The position numbers and the translations under genes were made by a program. From Octopus bimaculoides (taxonomy: Eukaryota), in NCBI RefSeq assembly GCF_001194135.2, contig NC_068986.1:90540739-90604738 (forward strand): DNA of 64,000 nucleotides, written 5' to 3'. Each line of letters begins with the position of its first letter. Position 1 is the first letter of the stretch. The notes beneath the pieces are model-generated. The model did no database searches, was not told where the DNA came from, and was given only the letters and a program-made list of their open reading frames with translations. Positions 47,845-60,354 of the stretch are shown piece after piece.

Positions 47845-50800
47845 ATATATATACATACATATACATATATATATATATATATACATATAATTCCTCAACA
47901 TTAATTCCTCAACATTTTGATAGTAATAAAATGACCTGATACTACTATGACCAGTGAAACCTCTAGATTCTAATACTTTTATAGCCTTGTCCATGCATAC
48001 TGCTTACACCTTCCCTCTCTTTAGAAGTAATTGTCCCTCTGCTATCACCACTAGATAAGAAACAATAGAATTCTGAGACAGTTAAAACTTTTGTCTAGAA
48101 TCAATTACTAGCCTGATAGACTCCGCTATGTCAAGATGGACTTATATATTCTTCCTCACATTTGGATTTTATGTATGCTCTCTCCCACTTGGATTTAATA
48201 TGTTGCCACATTTATAATATGTCTTTTTTTCTGCATTTTCGTGCAGCTGAAGATTGCTCTTCATATTGCATTTAAGGTAATGCTCACATTACTTAAATAA
48301 ATTGAAGTAGCATGAAACGTGCGTACTGCAATCACTTTTGAAATCCGTGTTGCTTATTATTTGATTTTAATCACCCATCCTTTTGGGATGCGATATTCGG
48401 GTGCCTTCGCATAAGTACCATATTCAAGCCTTGAATCTATATACATATATATATATAGTTTAAGGATAAATACATGCTTATATTGAATTTTCTACGCACG
48501 TTTCCCCATTAAAATAGTTTGGAGTGCTGCGATATACGTACACATATATGTACATATAAATGTCCATCCATAATGAGGGCGCTATTCAGCACCAGCATTG
48601 CTAGTAATAAGAGTCAAAGCAATTAAAAATGTAGAATGTTCAAGTACCTAATTAAGAAGTAACCCCCCCCCCNNNNNNNNNNNNAAAGCATACAAGATCG
48701 CGATGTAATGAATGTGATTTAGTTATGTTATTCCAGATGCGATTTAACATGAAATGAAAATAAAAAGTCGATATAGCTCACAGAATGGATCCTTAGAACT
48801 TTTCTGTCAAGGGATCCCGATACCACCGCTACTCCCTTCTCCACGTTTGCCAAGTCTCACCTTAAATATTGCTGTCCACCATAATCTCCGTACACAAAAT
48901 TAAACGTTGAGAATCGAAGTACTCCAGAGATCAATGCTAATAAATAAATGAATAAATATCATGATAGGTTCTCGTTATTGGAATCACCTGAGAAAGCTCT
49001 ATTTTCTCCAACACCAACATGAAAGCCACATGAATGGGGAAAATATTTCATTAACGCTGTCCAAACGATACTGGCATGTAGCTCAGAAGTCATCCAAAGC
49101 TAGGCTCCCGTGCCATATGCTCTACAAAAATCTAGATCATATCACTTAACATTTCAACAACTTTTTTTTTAAATCTCAACTGGTTCCGCATTTTTCAACT
49201 GTGTCTCGAAATAGATAAAACACTCAATAACATTCAAGTAATATCTGAATAAATTCCTCCAAAATAATACCAGGAAAATCACAGACAGCCAGTTGCATTT
49301 CGAGATGGCTATGGCGTCCCAAAACATGACTTAGAAGATTCCTTCAGATGGCACTATTAATGTTAGACACGGCCTGGGCCAAGACTCAAGTCATAATCAC
49401 CAATATAGCTAAAAATCTAGAATGTTCAAGTACCTAATTAAGAAGTAAAAATGCGAGATAATACCTTTGGTAATTCTCTTAAACATCTATAGTTTTATAT
49501 CTATATGCGATATATATCTAGTGCATGTGACATCCATGGATTATTCTCTAAAATTCCAGCCTTGAGAAGAGAAAGGAAGAGAGAAAGAGAGGGAAAGTGG
49601 GAAAGAGAGAAACGAAAAATTATCATACCACAAGAAAAAAATGTCAAGATGAGCCAGGTATCTATTTAGTATTGTAATTCTCTTAAGTTACTAGATACCT
49701 ACGTGAACTTAAATTTTACAACATATTTTAAACAAATTTTACAAAAATATTCAAGTTTCTTACCTTCTAATCTTGAAGATGATATCTACGTTTAGAAATA
49801 CAGAATGATATAAGTAATTTTCAAATATCCTTGGAATGGTGGTGTTGAAGACACCAGCTGTTATCATACAGATTTTATTGAAAGTCATTGTTGTAACTTA
49901 ACGTGTGCTGTTGATTTATCATGTGAACCATGACATGTTATTGGGAAATATTACAAAATGTTTAGAAATGCGTTTCTTTTCTCATTTTCTTTATTGATCT
50001 GGTCTAGAATAAGGGGGACTTTCATAGATCTCTCGAAACCGATGAAATCGAGGTGATTAATATTCCTCTTAATGGCAACAGAAAAAGAATAGGCAAGAAG
50101 GTACCAGACGGCCTTATTTTCTGAGGAGGAAGAACAATGTTTTAGCGGTTAGTGAGTAGCCTTTGAAAATAAATATGGTCGACAAAAGGAAGAGAGATAA
50201 GAGAGTGAGTTTGGAGTGGCAGAGTGGAGGTGGCACGAGGCAATTCCTACATGGGACAGGGACCCCAGAGTTAGTTTTTTACTCACTAGACTCCTCAATC
50301 TCTCTCTATTTCTACTACTCTCTACAGGAATCTAGTTTGATCTTTGGAAACAGAGTATTCCATTCCCCCAAAAAGAAGCCACTCTAAATCTGTCAATCTT
50401 CCTCCTATTACACTCATTTCGAATATCTATTAGGTAATGGAGCCATTAACAACAACGTCTTCAAACGCTTTGGATCTAGTACTCTTTCGTTCTCTCCTCA
50501 CTCACTCCTTAACGATCATCATGGTTTTTATAAAGCCAGATTCACAAGTGATCTGTTCTTCTGTGTCAAACTCCTGTGGGTTCTTACATTAAAGCAATAT
50601 TGTTACCCTTGACACCAACAAAATTTTCAATGCATCTGGCATTTAGTCCAATTGCTTGTTAGTATGATAAGTAGATTGATAGACTAGAAGAAGAATTGTC
50701 ATAGAAATAAAATCCATTCTATTATAGGGGAAAGACCCAAAGAATTTATGGTAATTTTCGAACCTTCGTATGACAGAATGCCGAAGTCCATTTTGAAGTT

Positions 50801-51109
50801 AATTGTAATAACTGCATAGCTAAGACAGTATTAAGTCTAACTATAAATAAGGAAACCAAAAAATCAAAGTTCTAGTCTAAACCTAATGGGAAAGAAATAA
50901 ATTCGTTAAAGTGGCTAGATAAGAGTTTGGAGGATGAAATTGAGTATAATCTACTCAGTAATCAAGATAAGGCAGCGACTATATTCATAAGTGAATAAGA
51001 GGGGGGAAGGGAGAAGGTATTATAGGGTGATTGGTAAATATAGAGCAATAAGTATCGAAGATCTGGCCTTAAAGTGTAAGACGAAGAGAGTATATATATA
51101 TATATATTT

Positions 51110-51260
51110 GTATATATATGGGAGAATGTACGAAAAAACAACAGACGAGGACAGGTGGTGTAAATAACAAAAGGATGTATTAGTATGACGCTCAGGAATA
51201 CGGAAAGTCTTTGATGTTTCGAGCTACGCTCTTCAACAGAAAGAATACGGAGACAAGAAT
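51110..51260 (-). mobile_element. Penelope-like terminal fragment (second family) with a hammerhead-like fold
   Basis: Minus strand TCTTT-CTGTTGA-A-GAGC-GTA-GCTC-GAAA-CATC-AAAGA at 51208-51244. Confidence 0.55.
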
Positions 51261-51769
51261 ACTTGTCCCATTGACGTTGGTGTGCTTACGTTGCCGTAAC
51301 TTAGTGGTCCAGCAAAAGAGACAATATTAAGTACTAGGGGCGATTCTTTCGACTAAATTTCCCTTCAAACAAACAGATTACGATTCATTGTAGGCATCAT
51401 TTAAAACATTACTTCTGTAGATTTTGGTTAGTCTATAATAAGCACTTGATCTCTATTTAAAAATCTCAATATAATTGGATTCTTCATCAGTTAAGCTTTT
51501 ACCGTGTAAAATGACTACAAAATGAGTTTTTGTTTATTATCTACTGATTATAGTTGTTGAGTTTTTCATAACACTAAGTTTAAATTGACGCTTCTTTTCT
51601 TTTATCTTTTACTTGTCTCAGCCATTATGCTGCGGCCATGCTGGGACAACACTTTGAAGGGAAATTTAGTCGAAAGAATCGACCCTAGTACTTAATATTG
51701 TCCATTTTGCCGGACCACTAAGTTACGGCAACGTAAACACACCAACGTAAAAATAGAAGTTGAAAATGC

Positions 51770-51853
51770 AGAATTGTTAGCACGCCGGATGAAATGCTTA
51801 GCGGTATTTTGTCTGCCGCTACGTTCTCAGTTCAAATTCCGCCGAGATTGACT
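51770..51853 (+). mobile_element. SINE D head, truncated by a SINE A insertion
   Basis: TTAGCACGCCGGATGAAATGCTTAGCGG...TTCAAATTCCGCCGAG. Confidence 0.75.
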
Positions 51854-51855
51854 TA

Positions 51856-52256
51856 AGCGCAGGAGTGGTTGTGTGGTAAGTAGCTTGCTTACCAACCACA
51901 TGGTTCTGGGTTCATTCCCACTGCGTGGCACCTTGGGCAAGTGTCTTCTACTACAGTCTCGGGCCAACCAAAGCCTTGTGAGTGGATTTGGTAGACGGAA
52001 AACTTAAATAAGCCCATCGTATATATGTATATATATATATGTGTGTGTGTATATGTTTGTGTGTCTTTGTTTGTTCCCCCAACATCGCTTGACAACCGAT
52101 GCTGGTGTGTTTACGTCCCCGTAACTTAGTAGTTCGGTAAAAGAGACCGATAGAATAAGTACTAGGCTTCCAAAGAATAAGTCCTGGAGTCGATTTGCTC
52201 GACTAAAGGCGGTGCTCCAGCATGGCCACAGTCAAATGACTGAAACAAGTAAAAGA
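51856..52256 (+). mobile_element. SINE A, full length
   Basis: Head, (TA)/(TG) spacer and tail ending CTGAAACAAGTAAAAGA. Confidence 0.9.
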
Positions 52257-52261
52257 TTTAA

Positions 52262-52751
52262 CCGGTTTCACAGTTTACACTGATTTTCAAAAAGTTCAAA
52301 TAGAAAGACGTGGCTTATGTCGCAGTTGTCTTTGCTTCTGACTAGTCTTTGAAGCTTGCAAAATATACTGTCACATGATACTAACGCACGGGAAATGTAC
52401 AAAAGGTTCTAATCTTAATCATGCGTTAATTCTTTATAAACACTTGACAGAAGACTTTCAGAACATTGATTATTTGGACATGTTCAGTCAACCGTGTCAG
52501 CCTTAACTTACGATTACAAACATTGTCGCTTGTAATCACGGACGTAGCGAGGAACCTACAAAAATTCCTAAAACCAGTCAGGTGACTATTCTCTACCAAT
52601 CAAATCCCATTCAAAACATACTAATTTGAGCCATGAACTTCCTATAAAAATAGAGCAAGCTTCATACACTAGTCAGAAGTAAGACAACTGCGACATAAAC
52701 CACGTCTTTCTATTTCAACTTTTTGAAAATCAGTGTAAACTATGAAACCGG
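52262..52751. mobile_element. Non-autonomous piggyBac-like MITE (~98-bp TIRs, TTAA TSD)
   Basis: TTAA|CCGGTTTCA...TGAAACCGG|TTAA. TIRs at 52262-52359 and 52655-52751. Confidence 0.75.
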
Positions 52752-52860
52752 TTAAATCTTTAAATATGATAATAAAAAATATATTTTAACTATTTTCAGT
52801 GCATTTTCAACTTCAAGTTTTCCTATATTTCTACCCGTGTGGAATAAAATAGCTTTGTTT

Positions 52861-52901
<41 letters not shown>

Positions 52902-52994
52902 TAAATAATACACANNNNNNNNNNNNNNNNNNNNNNNNNNNNNNNNNNNNNNNNNNNNNNNNNNNNNNNNNNNNNNNNNNNNNNNNNNNNNNNN

Positions 52995-53034
<40 letters not shown>

Positions 53035-53035
<1 letters not shown>

Positions 53036-53205
53036 GACATCTTCTTTCTGTTTCCGTCTACCAAATCCACTCACAAGGCTTGGCTCATCCCGGGGGTGGT
53101 GGTGGATATAGTGAAAGACACTCACTAATGATGCCCGCAGTGGGATCGAATCTAGAACTATATTGGTGAGAAGCAAACTTCTTAACACACATCCACGCCT
53201 CCGCC
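53035..53205 (-). mobile_element. SINE A-like head
   Basis: TTTCCGTCTACCAAATCCACTCACAAGGCT...CACACATCCACGCC. Confidence 0.7.
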
Positions 53206-53224
53206 TGCTTAATTATGAGACTTA

Positions 53225-53680
53225 TTTTAAGTTTAAAATATCAATATTTGTGAAAATATAGTTGTTTCCTGGTTATGAATATTTAAAGAGCATAACATTG
53301 CCGAACTTGTTACCTAATGTGTTTTTAACATATTTAGATTAGTGCTATAAATTGTTACTTTCTGTCGACGCTCTGTCATACATTTTGGCTGAACTATCGA
53401 AGCGTGAATCGATAGTTAATGACAACACTCATTTTTTTGCTATTATCAATATTTGTTGCTGGCATTGGGCCAAAATTTGAAACCAATATTATCAATATTT
53501 GTGAAAATGTATTTGTCTCCCTCTTCATGAATATTTGAGGTACATAATGTTACCATACTTGTTACCTAATGAGATTTTTATTTTAATTTTAAATATCAAT
53601 ATTTGTGAAAACATATCTGTTACCTCTCTTTATGATTTTTTAGATATACACTGTGTAACCTATCTTATTACTAAGTGTGT
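53225..53680. repeat. Degenerate ~100-bp unit repeat (3-4 copies)
   Basis: TATCAATATTTGTGAAAA...TTGTTACCTAATG recurs near 53235, 53490 and 53595. Confidence 0.65.
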
Positions 53681-54809
53681 TCACAAGACATCTACTTCAG
53701 GTCAATGCACTATGGTATATTTTAGCTAAAAGCTGAATCCAACTATTACAAATGTACATTATGATGGCAATCTACTATTAGAAGTGAAACCGGTATGGAG
53801 TATTGTACTTTGGAAAAATGTGAATAATTACAACACAAAAGGAATCGGGAATCTTTTTTATTATTATTTTGTCTATATCTTGTGATTTGTGCGAAATGTT
53901 TTAAACCTTTTCCTATACACACACATTAACTTTGCAGATAACAATTTGAAAAGAATGTTCACATTCTTTTTTTGTTGTTTTCGTCTTCATCTATGTCCAT
54001 TATAGTCACTTAGTGTTTATGCAATAAATGATTACCAAAAACTAGTTGTTTGACAAATAACAAACTTATAATTCTTCACTTAAAAGTTAATATTTATCTT
54101 AACAAATCATGAGAAACACAGGTAAAGACAGATTTACGATTGCAATATACTACCTGTGTCAGTTGTTTATTGCACTTTATAACGGTGACTTTTTACAATA
54201 TATAAACATCTGTTGTCTTTGGAATTTTTATAGTAACTGAAGGGTTAACACTAAGTTGAATGTATAATAAACCAAGTCTTAGGATCTGGGATGGGGTTCG
54301 GGAATAGAAGTACAGAATCATAATGTACGAAATCTGAAAATATAATCAATAACAATAATTTGCTCTTGTTCTGGAACACTGGAAATGACATTAATTTTGT
54401 GAGAGCAGACAGTAACCTGTTGTCAAATGTTTCACAGGGTTTCTCAAGGTCTAGATGTTAAGTACTTAACACCCAAGTAACAATCTCAAAATCCTCGCTC
54501 TCCCCAATACAGTAGTTTTTGCTTTGAGTCCTGAGTTTCTCAGCTATTGTTGGGATTTTGCTTTGTCTATTTCTTTTCTTTTTAGCTTAAGCCAATATTT
54601 GCCATGTAGGAGCTTTTCTTGCCATCGTTTTATTATGATACGTTGCTGTTCCAGTTTTAGTTTGGATTTCAGTTGTTTTACAGCTTTTGTTGTTTCTTCT
54701 TTTTCTTCATAGTTGTTAGGTACTATGACTTCTTTTCTGTATTGGTCAGCTTCCTTAAAAACAGAAAGCAGTTTTTTGTTTTGTTCGTGTTTTGTGGCTA
54801 TTGGTATCA

Positions 54810-54838
54810 GTTATTATTATTATTATTATCATTATCAA

Positions 54839-54878
<40 letters not shown>

Positions 54879-54955
54879 GTCATCATCATTGTTGTTATTA
54901 TTATTGTTGTTGTTGTTGTTGTTGTTGCCGCTGCTGCTGTTGTTATTATTTTATC
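54810..54955. repeat. Compound trinucleotide microsatellite (TAT)n(CAT)n(TGT)n(GCT)n
   Basis: Directly visible. It forms the 3' tail region of the adjacent R4-like LINE. Confidence 0.95.
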
Positions 54956-55250
54956 TTTAATACAGGTTTTCTTGGAGCTCCTGGAGCCTTGCATGCATAG
55001 TGGGCTTGCTGCCTGCAGCCTACGGTACCATGCTATCTGTTCTTTTCAGCTATCAAATACTTTCCTGATTATCCTGGCTGTGCCAAGGAGGGAAACCTGT
55101 TATAACAGTTCTACTGGGCACTCTATTCCAATTTCCTGTATATTCCTCTTGATGCCTTCTGATACTGTTCGCAAGGACCCAACAATAATTGGCACTATCT
55201 TCACATTCTTCATTTTCCATAACCGGGCTATTTCGTACTTAAGAAGGTTG

Positions 55251-55285
<35 letters not shown>

Positions 55286-55960
55286 TCACCTTCCTTCTGG
55301 ATTATTCGTGGGTCAAAGGGGCATGCAACATCAACTATATAGCATATGTGGTGCACCTTGGCCACCACTACTAGGTCCGGTCTGTTATGCTCTAGCACCT
55401 GATCTGTTTGGACTGGGAAATCCCAGAGGATTTTGCTAGTCTCCGACTCTGCCATTCCCTGTGGTTTGTGTTCATACCACGTCTTGCCTCTCTCTAGCCC
55501 CCACTTTTCGCACAGTTTCCAATGTAACATTTTCGCTACCTGGACGTGTCGCCACAACTTGTATTGGTTTTGGGAAAGTCTAGGGCATTTGTTCGTGATA
55601 TGGGCAATGGTTTCATCCACTCTGTTACAGATGCGGCACAGCGGAGACACTTGCTCATTCCTCAGGTTGACCCACCACTTCGTGGCCAGAGCTTGGTCCT
55701 GCGCTGCCAGTATAGTGCTCTCGGTCTCTTTTTTTAGGGTTCCTTTCACCAGCCAACCCTACCTATTTTTTCCAGCAACTTCTGTTGGCTGTGCCTACAT
55801 GGAATTGATTGCGTAGTGCCTTCTGGCGAAATTTTTCTTCATGCCCTCTTTGTACTTCTTCCTTTGTTTTCCCTTTTTTCTCTGCTTTCAATACTCCCTC
55901 GTTCCTAACTATCACTAGCAAGGTTTCCTTACTTTGGGCTAGGTATCTCATTAAGCTCTC
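54955..55960 (-). mobile_element. R4/Dong-like non-LTR retrotransposon, 3' portion (CCHC knuckle + restriction-like endonuclease)
   Basis: ETESTILAAQDQAL, CRIC...ETIAHI..C, ILWDF..QTD....HNRPDLVVV, IVDVACP, KEGEKIDR and VPIIVGSL..LLGTARIIRKV, followed by a 3' UTR and a simple-repeat tail. Confidence 0.88.
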
Positions 55961-55964
55961 GAGT

Positions 55965-56105
55965 TCGATTTGACCTTTCCTCCTTTCTGGGTCAATAAAA
56001 TAAGTATCAGTTATGCACTGGGGTCGATATAATCGACTAGTCCCCTCCCCCAAAAATTTCAGGCCTTGTGCCTATAGTAGAAAGGATTATTATTATTATT
56101 ATTAT
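55965..56105 (+). mobile_element. SINE D-like 3' fragment with (ATT)n tail
   Basis: GGGTCAATAAAATAAGTATCAG...GGGGTCGATATAATCGAC...AGAAAGG(ATT)n. Confidence 0.65.
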
Positions 56106-56109
56106 TGGA

Positions 56110-56386
56110 TCTTTTTTAAAACGGGGGCCACATTTTTCATTAACGAAACACTTTGAAACTTGGAACACTGGTAGAATGTGTCATATAAAACATCTTTTTC
56201 TCTTAGTCTTCTTAAAAAAAAAAGAAATCCATAAATTATTCCATGTTAAAGTTGTCGTATTTCTGTAATTTCAACCAATCATTGACGTCCATTCAGCCGA
56301 TATACATTAAGTGCCGACTACATAAACAAACGATTCTGAAACAATTAACCCTAACCCTAACCCTAACTCTAACCCTAACCCTAACC
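56110..56386. repeat. Dispersed repeat ending in an interstitial telomere-like (TAACCC)n tract
   Basis: About 7 TAACCC units (one TAACTC) at 56346-56386. The body shares sequence with 897-955. Confidence 0.7.
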
Positions 56387-57159
56387 ATCACAAAAGCCAA
56401 CAACAGCGGAAGCAACAGCAGCAAAGAGAACAGAGAACTCACCAACATTCATCGCTTCCACATACCAGACAGCAGCAAAAACAAGAACTTTATTATGAAC
56501 AGAACAATAGCAAAAAACCCCTCCTCAAGACATGCCCCTTCTTTGTTCGGATCAGTCGGACATGTCCTGCAGTGAGGGGAACGGCGAAAAGCCTAAATTG
56601 CTAAAAGTCGGCAGATCTAACAAGGGAAAAAAGAATTAAAAACATACCGATATCAATACAAAAATCTAGCAGGTATGATCAAATACCACTCCAACAGCAG
56701 CCTTACAAGCACCGTTGACAACATGATCCCCATCACAACCATCACCACCACTCCTTTCACAGTCGCCATCATCACAATCACAATTCAGTTCACACATACA
56801 ACTCTCAGATCGTACATCCCAACACCAATAAAATTCAAACATCATTAACTACACAGCAATAAACACGAACAATAAAGAACTGATGGAACACATATATAAC
56901 CATACAGACATCACACACACCGATTTTATCACACCAGCAAACAACATACCAACACACAAAATTCGTCCAAACATCACAAAACGCATACAATGTAATACAA
57001 CTAAATATTCCGAAGGAGTAAGGGCTTTCAGGAGAAATATCAAAAGACTGTACAAAGAACTGATCGTGGAAGCAAACGATTGGGAGGGGACATCCTTCTC
57101 AAAGTCACCAATAAAATTACTGTAAGTGACATTTTTCTCATCTATTCTTTAATCTGATA

Positions 57160-59940
57160 TACCCCTGCTTAAGATTGGCAGTATAAAAGTATGTGGTCTA
57201 GGATCATCTTGGAAAGAAGGTCATCTATTCAACGACCTCAGGTCACCAAGTGTAGATGTTGTAGTTATCAGTGAAACTAGACTTTCCGACCGACAAGCGT
57301 TCATGTCCATTTTCGGTGGGTATGAGATCTATTTATCTCCATATCAACCAGAACGGGGTGGGGGTGGAGCTGGAGTGTTGTTCCTGAGAGATCTGGGTCT
57401 CAAGAATGTAAGATGGCGGTCCTGGATGTGCACAGCAATGACGAGGGTGCCCCAGACTGGTGGCTGTTTATGCTCCAACAGGAGCAGGATAACCAGATAA
57501 CAGTGGTGTGGTGGATCAGGTTGAAAGGGCTGAAGACAGACACTTTTTTCTTTGGCCAAACCATCATAAATTTTTTCAAGTTTCACCTGGAAAGGAAAAT
57601 GAGGGTAGAGAGGAGAATGCTACCTCAAAGCAATTCTTTCAAAAGGTGGGTGAATGTAACGCGCAGTATGCGCCTCTAGATCGAGAGATGATGAAGAGGA
57701 CAGGATACTTGCCTTAAAGGTCAGGGTGATCGTGGTTTCTGTGGGGTTTTCACGAACAACTTCTCGACTTTTATAGTGTTAGTGAGCGACTGGAACGCCG
57801 TCTAAGAGCAACGTTTGAACTGTGTGGGGCTAGTGAATAGAAGACGGGGTGGGAAAGCCTCGCAAATCTTCCCAACTGTTTGGACGGGTATCGACTAGAT
57901 TTCCCGAATGTGTCAAAGTGGACCGCACCGGATCATCCAGGTCGTATCTAAACAGAGCATTTTATAGGCCAGTAGATAAGGATAGTATAAGGTTGTCAAC
58001 TTTTCAAAAACGCCCACCACATAGGCTTAGATAGGCTTAGAAGGCAAGAACCCTGTTACCGGAAGCTGAACGCGTAATTACCCGGGTACCAAGGTTACAG
58101 AGACCAGATTAAATAATTAGTGAAGCGGGCGTTGAAGTGGGCAACCCTCAATAACAAATGGTAGTTTGCCCTGAAAAGAACAATTAGAGTGGAATCAGTT
58201 AGGTTTAGTAATGCATTAGTGATAGGAAGAAATAAAAACAGAAGGGAACTTAATTAGAGGCGCTTAGGAAAGGCGTTGCAACAGACGTGCTGGCCGCGAG
58301 ATTGACCCTGGACCAATTCTTCAACGCTAAACACGAAGGTTGCATAGTCAGAGCTAAGATGCGTGTTCTAAGACAAGAAGGAAAGAAAGCCAGAGTGGTA
58401 GAGGCGCAACGTGTCAACAAAACTACAATTCGGTCTTTGGTGGACCAAAATAGATCACATTATTCCAGCCCGAGCAGATGAGTGCGGCATTTCAGCAGCG
58501 CTTCGCCCAATGAAGTCTAAGATGGACTTCATTGCCTACCACAACTTTTGGTGGGGGTAGGGGTCGGAGTGATGCGAAATGCCGATAACAGACGCAGAAA
58601 TATGGGATGCGATGATGGGTTGCACAGGGAGAAAAATCGCCTGGTTTGGATGATCTGTCCTATGAGATTTATTTTTATAAGACAGATTTGCTTGATGGCC
58701 TTTTAGCAGATATCTTCCACAACTGGCAGTAGAACGAGATAATTCCTAATTCTGTGAGTCAAAGAGTGGTGGCGCTGCCAAAAAAGGACCCAATTAAAGG
58801 GCATCAAATAGAAAATGTTAAGCTCATAACGCTGCTGAACGCAGATTTCAAATTTGGCCGAGATGTTTGCAAAGAAGTTGGCGCTTGTCGTCGAGGAACT
58901 GATTTATGATATTCAAACATGCTCAGTCCCAAGTAAATCTATCTACGATAACCTCTACCTCATGCGAGAAATCATAGACAGGGTGGGTAAAGAAGCTAGC
59001 ATGGGTTGGATCAGCCCAAAGCCTTCGATACAGTCGACCACCAATACTTGGCGGCTGTTTCCACGGCGGCCGGTTTCGGCCCCGTTTTCCGTGACTGGAT
59101 TGCCGCAGTGTACAGCAACATCTGCTCGGTAGTTTGGGTAAATGGTTACTTGTTGGAACCATCCAGCACCATGCATTCAGAGCATCAAGAGTGTCTGCTT
59201 TCGTCTCTTCTGTGTGTCCTGGCTCTAGAACCACTATTGCAGAAACTGGGGGCGTTGAGAGGTATTCCATGCGAACTAGGATGTTGGAGAATAGTGTCGG
59301 CATACACAGACGACGAGGTCACTGTCATAGTGTCGAACATCAAGTACATAGACCTGGTCGGCACTGCTCCGAAAAATACGAGGCAGTGACAGGAGCAAAA
59401 GTTAACCAAAAAATGTTAGTGGGCAAAGCGACGAAACTGTTTTGTACGCCCCATCCAGTGCCTGAGTATTGTTGACTTGTGGGTTTATGTCGAACACTGT
59501 CGCGTGTAGGACGGATTCGGTTATCGGTCGAGTCTATCGTGAAGATCGCCCCGCTTTCCTTTGGCCGGGAAAGGTTGAAAGGGCTGAAGACAGACACTTT
59601 TCTCTTTGGCCAAGCCATCATAAAGTTTTTCAAGTTTCACCTGGAAAGGAAAATGAGGGTAGAGAGGAGAATGCTACCTCAAAGCAATTCTTTTAAAAGG
59701 TGGGTGAATGTAACGCGCAGTATGCGCCTCTAGATAGAGAGAAGATGAAGAGGACAGGGTGATCGTGGTTTTTGTGGGGTTTCCACGAACAACCCTTGGA
59801 AATTTCCTACTTAATGGGATTTTAATTGTTTTCATTGTTATTCTTTGTTTACGTTTCAATTCCACTCTGTTTATATTGTATTGTCCTGTACTGTCTTCAA
59901 TGTTTTAATATGAAGCCTCAGTAGCTAATAAAGAGCAAAT
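57160..59940 (+). mobile_element. Tx1/L1-clade LINE ORF2 remnant (APE + RT), rearranged
   Basis: VCGL...DVVVISETRL, RLVAVYAPTG, VSDWNA, SRSYLNR, KSPGLD, ITLLNADFK, SIYDNLYLMR, DQPKAFD.VDH, VLALEPLL..L and SAYTDD. The C-terminus is RLKGLKT...RWVNV. Confidence 0.88.
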
Positions 59941-60354
59941 TGTTATTTTTGTTCGTAAAGTTGAATAATGTCTTGTATAGTGTCTTTGCACTTGGCTAGA
60001 GTAAAGGTGTTACATATTTGGGCTTTGTTAAATTTTAATCGTAACAAAACTTTTAATTCCTCCAATTTCTCACGGATTTGGAATATCATGGACTGTATCA
60101 ACCAACTGTAGCGTCTAAAGCCATTGAATATTGCACACATAGAAGCATATGATGCATTTTAGTTGTTACACTTCGTATTATTTCATAATATATTAGCTAA
60201 TATTTAAACTTTGTACGCAGATTAACATCAAGTTATTGTGTATCTCGAAACAGGTTGTGCTATAAGAATTAATGTAAGAATTTCCATTGTTGGATTTTAT
60301 TTAAACAAATACTCACTTTAAAAGTAAAAAATAGCTTTAGAATGAGTTGATATA

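Noticed and set aside
49990-51060. Purine-skewed stretch resembling a decayed retroelement
   Set aside because: No motif could be assigned with confidence.
54673-55439. Poly-Ile/His/Cys/Ser/Met ORFs
   Set aside because: They are translations of the compound trinucleotide microsatellite. The same applies to the HT/YI/CV-rich ORFs at 38464-38877 and 41425-41682.
56346-56386. True telomere or chromosome-fusion site
   Set aside because: Only about 7 units in one orientation, embedded in dispersed repeats.
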